64,000 bases of DNA, taken from contig CAZMNF010000001.1 in NCBI GenBank assembly GCA_964567595.1, positions 48,531 through 112,530 on the forward strand, read 5' to 3'. A program made the translations under genes and the position numbers. The notes beneath the pieces are model-generated. The model was given only the letters and a program-made list of their open reading frames with translations. It did no database searches and was not told where the DNA came from. The DNA is from an uncultured Thermotogae bacterium (lineage in GTDB: Bacteria > Bipolaricaulota > Bipolaricaulia > RBG-16-55-9). Shown one piece after another: positions 58,566-64,000 of this stretch (its first letter is position 1; each line of letters begins with the position of its first letter).

Positions 58566-60032
58566 ATGGGTCTCGTGACATGGATGCTGCTAACCTCGCT
58601 CTTCGGCGCCCTCATCCTCTGGGTCGTCCGGGCCGACGCCGTCAAGCCGATCGCGCTGGCGCTTGCCGTCGTCGTCTTTGTGCTGGCGACGCTGGCGGCG
58701 CTGTCGTTCCACCCGGGCGCGCCCGGCTATCAGTTCGTCGACGAGGCCTCCTGGGTGCCGCAGATCGGCGTCCAGTACAAGGTCGGCCTCGACGGCATCA
58801 GCCTGCCCATGGTCTGGCTGACGGCGCTGCTGACGCTTTTGGTCGTCGTGTTCTCCTGGAACATCGCCGACCGGGCGTACTACGCGCTCTTCTTCCTGTT
58901 GCAACTGGCCGTGATCGGCGTTTTCACCGCGCTTGACCTCTTTCTGTTCTACGTCTTCTGGGAGCTGGTGCTGGTGCCGATGTACTTCATCATTCGCGGC
59001 TGGGGCGGCGAACGCAAGGAATATGCCGCGATCAAGTTCTTCGTCTACACGTTCACCGCCAGCCTGGTGATGCTCGTCGGCATCATGGCGCTCTATTTCT
59101 CAACGGGCGCGCAGACGTTTGACATCACCCAATTGGCTGGAATGGCACCGGACCTGGCGCGCAACGCTCAGATCTGGATCTTTGCGGCACTGTTCATCGG
59201 ATTTCTCGTCAAGATGCCGCAGATCCCCGTCCACACCTGGCTTCCCGACGCCCACGTCCAGGCGCCCACGGGCGGCTCGGTCATCCTGGCCGGCGTCTTG
59301 CTGAAGCTGGGCTCCTACGGGCTGATCCGGGTGTCGCTGCCGCTGCTGCCCGAGGGCGCGCAGGCCTTCGTGCCGGTGATGGTCGTCTTGGGCGTACTCA
59401 GCATCCTCTACGCCGCGCTCGTCTGTCTGGCGCAGCGCGATCTCAAACGCCTGGTCGCCTATTCGAGCATCAGCCACATGGGGATGGTGCTGCTCGGCAC
59501 GGCCGTGTTGGGCCAGGCCGGGATCACCGCCGCCGTCTACATGATGTTCGCGCACGGGCTCATCAGCGGGCTCTTGTTCATGATCGTCGGCGCGATCCAC
59601 CACGGCGCCGGGACGCGCGAGATCCCGAACCTGGGCGGCCTGGCGCTCACGGCACCCAAGGCCGGGATGATCATCATGGCCGGCGCGCTGGCGTCGTTGG
59701 GCCTGCCGGGCATGGTCCAGTTCGTCGCCGAGTTCACGGTGTTCGTGTCGGCGTTCGCGGCCTTCGGCTGGTGGATCCTGCTGCCCGTGCTCACGGTGGT
59801 GCTGACGGCCGGGTATTATCTCTGGGCGCTCAAACGGAGCATGTTCGGGCAACTGGCGCCGATGGCCGAGGCGGCCCACGACGTCAAGTCGTACGAGTTC
59901 TGGCCCATGATGGCGCTGGTGGCGCTGATCATCGTCTTCGGCGTCGTCCCGGCCGTCTGGATGGGACCGATCGACGCCGCCGTCGCGCAGAACGTGCTTG
60001 AGCCGATCTTGACGCTAGGGGTGAGACCGTGA
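58566..60032 (+). CDS. nuoM: complex I subunit M
   Basis: 'KMPQIPVHTWLPDAHVQAPTGGSVILAGVLLKLG'. Confidence 0.95.
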   Translation: MGLVTWMLLTSLFGALILWVVRADAVKPIALALAVVVFVLATLAALSFHPGAPGYQFVDEASWVPQIGVQYKVGLDGISLPMVWLTALLTLLVVVFSWNIADRAYYALFFLLQLAVIGVFTALDLFLFYVFWELVLVPMYFIIRGWGGERKEYAAIKFFVYTFTASLVMLVGIMALYFSTGAQTFDITQLAGMAPDLARNAQIWIFAALFIGFLVKMPQIPVHTWLPDAHVQAPTGGSVILAGVLLKLGSYGLIRVSLPLLPEGAQAFVPVMVVLGVLSILYAALVCLAQRDLKRLVAYSSISHMGMVLLGTAVLGQAGITAAVYMMFAHGLISGLLFMIVGAIHHGAGTREIPNLGGLALTAPKAGMIIMAGALASLGLPGMVQFVAEFTVFVSAFAAFGWWILLPVLTVVLTAGYYLWALKRSMFGQLAPMAEAAHDVKSYEFWPMMALVALIIVFGVVPAVWMGPIDAAVAQNVLEPILTLGVRP

Positions 60033-61459
60033 CCGCCTACGACCTTCTCGGGATCCTGCCCGAGCTGATCCTCGTCGTCACCGCGTTTGCCATTCTGCTG
60101 ACGCGCCGCGTGGAGCAGGAGTTGGCGCTCTTCGGCTTGGTGTTGGCGCTCGCCAGCCTGACCGTGATCCCGCAGGAGACGTTCTTCTTCGGCACGATCG
60201 CCATCGACGCCTTCGCGCTGGCATTCATGGCGCTCTTCCTCGGCATGGCTGTCTTAGTGGGGCTCGGCTCCACCGAGCGCGTCCACGCCGATCGGGCCAA
60301 GGAGTACTACGCGCTCCTGCTCTTCGCCACCGTCGGGATGCTCGGCGTGGCGGGCTCCACGGATCTGATCACGCTCTTCGTCAGCTTCGAGCTGTCCAGT
60401 CTGTCCACCTACGCATTGGTCGCGTATACGAAACAGAGAGAAGCTTCGGTCGAGGCGGCCACAAAATTCTTCGTCATCGGGGCGTTCAGCAGCGCGCTGG
60501 CGCTCTACGGCATTTCACTATTGTACGGCGTCTCGGGCACGACGACGATCAGTGAGCTGGCCACCAACGTCGAGGCATCCGGCTTGACATCCGTCTTTCA
60601 GATCGGCGTCGTGCTGGTCCTGGCCGGCTTCGGCTTCAAGATCACGGTGATCCCGTTCCACCTCTGGGCGCCGGACACCTACGAGGGCGCGCCGACGCCC
60701 ATCACCGCCCTCTTAGCAACGGGCTCCAAAAAAATGGGCTTCGCCGTGCTGTTGAAGATCTTCTTCCTGGGACTCATCGCCATGAAGATGCAGTGGGCGC
60801 CGATCTTCGGCGTGCTGGCCGTGCTGACGATGACGATGGGCAACCTGATGGCGCTCGCGCAGTCGAGCGTCAAGCGGATGCTGGCCTATTCCTCGATCGC
60901 CCAGGCCGGCTACATCCTGATTGCGTTTGCCGTGGCGACGCCGTATGGCCTGGCAGGCGGGCTGTTCCACATCGTCACGCACTCGGTCATGACCGTGGGA
61001 GCGTTCTTGGTGGTTGCGGCGGTGAGTGGGGTCGAGCGCGACGACTTCCCCTTGTTTGCTGGCCTGTCGCAGCGCCAGCCGTTCTTGGCCGTGTCGATGG
61101 CCGTGTTCATGATCTCCTTGGCCGGCATTCCGCCGCTGGTCGGGTTCCAGAGCAAGTTCGTGCTCTTCTCCAGCGCGGTCCAGACCGGCATCGAGGGGCC
61201 GTCCTGGCTGGTCTGGCTGGCGATCTTCGGCGTGCTCAACTCGGCGCTGTCCCTCGGCTACTACGCCCGCGTCCTGAAGGCCATGTACTTCACCGAGGTC
61301 GCCCCACAGTTCGCCAGCAATCCGCACCCGAAGCGCTTGACGGTTCCCGTGCCTCTGTTGGCCTCCATCGCCGTGGCGCTGGCGTTCGTGATCGGGTTCG
61401 GGCTCTTCCCGGCGCCGATCCTCGACGCGCTGTTGAGCGTGGCGGGGACGTTGCTGTAG
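60029..61459 (+). CDS. nuoN: complex I subunit N
   Basis: 'FKITVIPFHLWAPDTYEGAPTPITALL'. GTG start overlaps the nuoM stop. Confidence 0.95.
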   Translation: MTAYDLLGILPELILVVTAFAILLTRRVEQELALFGLVLALASLTVIPQETFFFGTIAIDAFALAFMALFLGMAVLVGLGSTERVHADRAKEYYALLLFATVGMLGVAGSTDLITLFVSFELSSLSTYALVAYTKQREASVEAATKFFVIGAFSSALALYGISLLYGVSGTTTISELATNVEASGLTSVFQIGVVLVLAGFGFKITVIPFHLWAPDTYEGAPTPITALLATGSKKMGFAVLLKIFFLGLIAMKMQWAPIFGVLAVLTMTMGNLMALAQSSVKRMLAYSSIAQAGYILIAFAVATPYGLAGGLFHIVTHSVMTVGAFLVVAAVSGVERDDFPLFAGLSQRQPFLAVSMAVFMISLAGIPPLVGFQSKFVLFSSAVQTGIEGPSWLVWLAIFGVLNSALSLGYYARVLKAMYFTEVAPQFASNPHPKRLTVPVPLLASIAVALAFVIGFGLFPAPILDALLSVAGTLL

Positions 61460-61693
61460 CTCGATCTCTCGCTGTGGCAATGCTTGTAGGCACACCCTTT
61501 TCCAGATGGCCTGCCAAAGGGCCGACCGTGGTCGAGTCGGTACCAATGTGGTTGGCAACCGCTGATCATGACGGACCTGAACTAGTCGGCGAATTAAGAT
61601 CGAGTCAACATGGATCCATCCGTCGTCAGCTTGGCGCTTCACTGTGCCGTAGCGACGGGCTATTGCTCGACTGGAGCCCACGCCCCGTGCCAG

Positions 61694-61722
61694 TTGCGCT
61701 GACCTGTGCCAGCGTTTATCAT
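61694..61722 (+). promoter_or_regulatory. sigma70-type promoter TTGCGC-17-TATCAT for pntAA
   Basis: TTGCGCtgacctgtgccagcgttTATCAT, 46 nt upstream of the ATG at 61769. Confidence 0.5.
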
Positions 61723-61768
61723 AACGTATCCTTGTGTACATCCCGTTTGCGGGCATGAAGGGAGCGCC

Positions 61769-62986
61769 ATGATCGTTGGAGTTCCCCGCGAAACCTACCC
61801 CGGCGAGCGACGCGTCGCGCTGATCCCCTCGTTCGCCAAACGCCTCATCCAGTCCGAGCACGAGGTCTGGGTCGAACCCAGCGCCGGCGACGAGGCCGGA
61901 CACCCGGACGATGCCTTCGAAAACCAAGGGGCCCAAATCAAAAGCCGAGACGAGATTTTCCAAGGCGCCGACATGATCGCGCAGGTGCGCGGGCTTGGCG
62001 CCAATCGCGACGCCGGTCAACAGGACCTGGAACGCTTGCGTGAGGGGCAAGGGCTGGTCGCGATGATGGACCCGCTCAGCGAGCCCGAGGCGGCCCGCGA
62101 GCTGTCCGAGCAGGGCGTCACGAGCTACGCCATGGAGCTGATGCCGCGCATCTCCCGCGCGCAGAGCATGGACGCGCTGTCGTCACAGGCCAACATCGGC
62201 GGGTACAAGTCGGTGCTGTTGGCGGCCGAGGCCCTTCCCAAGATCTTCCCCATGATGATGACGGCGGCGGGGACGATCACGCCCGCTCGCGTCTTCATCG
62301 TCGGCGCGGGCGTGGCCGGACTCCAGGCGATCGCAACTGCCAGACGCTTGGGGGCCGTCGTGAAGTCCTACGACATCCGCCCGGAGGTGAAGGAACAGGT
62401 CGAAAGCCTCGGCGCCAAATTCGTCGAGCTGGAGCTGGAAACCGAGGATGCCTCGGGCGAGGGCGGCTACGCGCAGGCGATGGATGAGGAGTTCTATCGC
62501 AAACAGCGAGAAATGATGAATGAGGTCGTCGCCGAGAGCGACGTCGTCATCACGACGGCCGCGGTCCCCGGCAAGCAGGCGCCCATTCTCGTGACCGAGG
62601 AGATGGTCCAGGGGATGGCGCCCGGCTCGGTTCTGGTCGATTTGGCCGCCGAACGGGGCGGCAACTGTGAGCTGACCGAACCGGGCCAAAACGTCGATGC
62701 TCACGGTGTTACCGTCATTGGCCCCGAAAACCTGCCCTCAAGCGTCCCGAAGCACGCCAGCCAGATGTACGCGTCCAACGTCGTCAACTTCCTCGAACAC
62801 CTGCTGGATCATGGGGGCTTGGATGATCCGGACACCGAGGATCAGATCGTGCACGACACGATGCTGACCCGAGACGGGCTCCTCGTTCACGAGACGGTCC
62901 GCGAGCTGCTCGGGGAAGCGCCGGCCGAGACGGCCTCAGCATCGGCCGACGACGCACCCACCGATACGGAAGGGGAGAGCTCCTAA
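61769..62986 (+). CDS. pntAA: NAD(P) transhydrogenase alpha subunit, part 1 (dI)
   Basis: 'MIVGVPRETYPGERRVALIP', 'RISRAQSMDALSSQANIGGYK' and 'VFIVGAGVAGLQAIATA'. Start at the internal ATG after GAAGGGAG. Confidence 0.9.
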   Translation: MIVGVPRETYPGERRVALIPSFAKRLIQSEHEVWVEPSAGDEAGHPDDAFENQGAQIKSRDEIFQGADMIAQVRGLGANRDAGQQDLERLREGQGLVAMMDPLSEPEAARELSEQGVTSYAMELMPRISRAQSMDALSSQANIGGYKSVLLAAEALPKIFPMMMTAAGTITPARVFIVGAGVAGLQAIATARRLGAVVKSYDIRPEVKEQVESLGAKFVELELETEDASGEGGYAQAMDEEFYRKQREMMNEVVAESDVVITTAAVPGKQAPILVTEEMVQGMAPGSVLVDLAAERGGNCELTEPGQNVDAHGVTVIGPENLPSSVPKHASQMYASNVVNFLEHLLDHGGLDDPDTEDQIVHDTMLTRDGLLVHETVRELLGEAPAETASASADDAPTDTEGESS

Positions 62987-63000
62987 GGAGGCCCGAGTCC

Positions 63001-63279
63001 ATGGAATTGATCACGGCACTGACCATCTTTGTCCTGGCCATTTTCGTCGGGTTCGAGGTCATCACGAAGGTCCCGCCGATCCTGCATACGCCCTTGATGT
63101 CGGGGGCCAACGCCATCTCGGGCATTACGGTGATCGGCGCCGTCGTGGCGGCCGGCGCGGAGTCCGAGATGCTCACCACCGTCTTGGGCTTTTTGGCCGT
63201 CGTCTTCGCCACGACCAACGTGGTCGGCGGGTTCTCCGTCACCCACCGGATGCTGCAGATGTTCCACGGAAAGGACTGA
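63001..63279 (+). CDS. pntAB: NAD(P) transhydrogenase alpha subunit, part 2 (membrane)
   Basis: 92 aa, 'HTPLMSGANAISGITVIGA'. Confidence 0.9.
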   Translation: MELITALTIFVLAIFVGFEVITKVPPILHTPLMSGANAISGITVIGAVVAAGAESEMLTTVLGFLAVVFATTNVVGGFSVTHRMLQMFHGKD

Positions 63280-63286
63280 CCTCGCG

Positions 63287-64000
63287 ATGACGCTCTCGCC
63301 CGCAATCGTCAACCTCGTCTATCTCCTCGCGGCTGCGCTGTTCATCTTCGGGTTGAAAAACCTCGGTCACCCCCGAACAGCCGTGCGCGGCAACATCATG
63401 GGCGCGCTCGGCATGCTCTTGGCCGTGGTCGTCACGCTCGTCAGCCAGGACATCGTCGCTTGGTGGGTCGTCCTGGCGGGCCTCGCCGTCGGGGGAGCGC
63501 TCGGCGGAACGCTCGCTTTCACCGTTGAGATGACCGCGATGCCCCAACTGGTGGCGGTTTTCAATGGCTTCGGCGGCGGCGCGTCGGCACTGGTGGCGGG
63601 AGCTGAACTGGTGCAGCGCGTGGCCGAGTCCTCAGGCGCCCCGTTCGGGCTCGTCTTCCTGGTCGCCGCGGCGGCATCGGGACTTATCGGGGCGCTGACC
63701 TTCTGGGGCAGCCTGATCGCCTTCGGCAAACTCCAGGGCGTCGTCAATGAGAACGCCGTGCGGTTCCCGGGCCAACACGCCATCAACGCCGTGCTGTTCC
63801 TCGGGGCGCTGGCGCTCGCGATCGGCGTCATTGTCTCGCCCACGGTTCCGTGGTTCTATCTTGGACTCGTCGCCGTGGCATCGGCCCTCGGCGTCCTATT
63901 GGTTATTCCCATCGGCGGCGCGGACATGCCGGTGGTCGTGTCGCTCTTGAACTCCTATTCCGGCCTGGCGGCCGCCGCGACCGGCTTTGTGCTGTTCAAC
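63287..64000 (+). CDS. pntB: NAD(P) transhydrogenase beta subunit (N-terminal part; runs off the window)
   Basis: Own translation from ATG 63287: 'MTLSPAIVNLVYLLAAALFIFGLKNLGHPRTAVRGNIMGALGM...'. The frame stays open to the window end. Confidence 0.85.
   Translation, partial: MTLSPAIVNLVYLLAAALFIFGLKNLGHPRTAVRGNIMGALGMLLAVVVTLVSQDIVAWWVVLAGLAVGGALGGTLAFTVEMTAMPQLVAVFNGFGGGASALVAGAELVQRVAESSGAPFGLVFLVAAAASGLIGALTFWGSLIAFGKLQGVVNENAVRFPGQHAINAVLFLGALALAIGVIVSPTVPWFYLGLVAVASALGVLLVIPIGGADMPVVVSLLNSYSGLAAAATGFVLFN

Noticed and set aside
61480-61758. 93-codon ORF (MLVGTPFSRWPAKG...) in the nuoN-pntA spacer.
   Set aside because: It is the tail of an out-of-frame shadow ORF over nuoN. Its third codon positions are not GC-biased, unlike every confident gene here. 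It has no SD sequence, and it overlaps the predicted pnt promoter.

Overview
High-GC bacterial chromosomal segment that is densely coding: about 62 protein genes and 2 tRNAs. I saw no IS elements, integrases, CRISPR arrays or prophage genes. All functional calls come from reading the supplied translations or my own, using motif and family recognition. No database search was possible.

Gene content, left to right:
- Redox and envelope genes: wrbA, a methyltransferase, a DsbA-like protein and a DUF3179 protein.
- An Acs-like ligase.
- An osmoadaptation cluster, otsB-mscS-otsA.
- A GNAT acetyltransferase, a 7Fe ferredoxin and a hydrolase.
- A long minus-strand translation block: glyS, glyQ, rplT, rpmI, infC, obg, rpmA, a Prp-like gene, rplU and metG.
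- An MFS transporter, rnhB and two MBL hydrolases.
- sodA, archaeal-type apgM and ferritin.
- bioY and acnA.
- tRNA-Ile(GAU) and tRNA-Ala(UGC) with no flanking rRNA genes.
- An orphan parA plus a ribbon-helix-helix (RHH) gene.
- trmI, an HpcH aldolase and glnS.
- Two peptidases, osmC, pckA, rpiA, a usp gene and a Crp/Fnr regulator.

The standout is 45.5-64 kb, a same-strand energy-conversion supercluster. It starts with a four-subunit 2-oxoacid:ferredoxin oxidoreductase (OFOR) whose delta ferredoxin is fused to a GltD-like NAD(P)H flavoprotein and an N-terminal winged helix-turn-helix (wHTH). A second GltD-like flavoprotein follows, translationally coupled to nuoA. Next comes an 11-subunit nuoABCDHI-J1-J2-KLMN operon with no nuoEFG and a split nuoJ. 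pntAA-pntAB-pntB comes last.

I interpret this as a complex I variant with a non-canonical electron-input module that uses ferredoxin and/or NADPH. This is inference.

Smaller observations:
- A Prp homologue that has lost both catalytic residues, next to an L27 with no pro-peptide.
- A non-AUG (ATC) start for infC.
- Several near-consensus sigma70 promoters with 17-bp spacers.
- Paired palindromic operators upstream of the acs-like gene.
- A perfect 14-bp palindrome upstream of the nuo operon.
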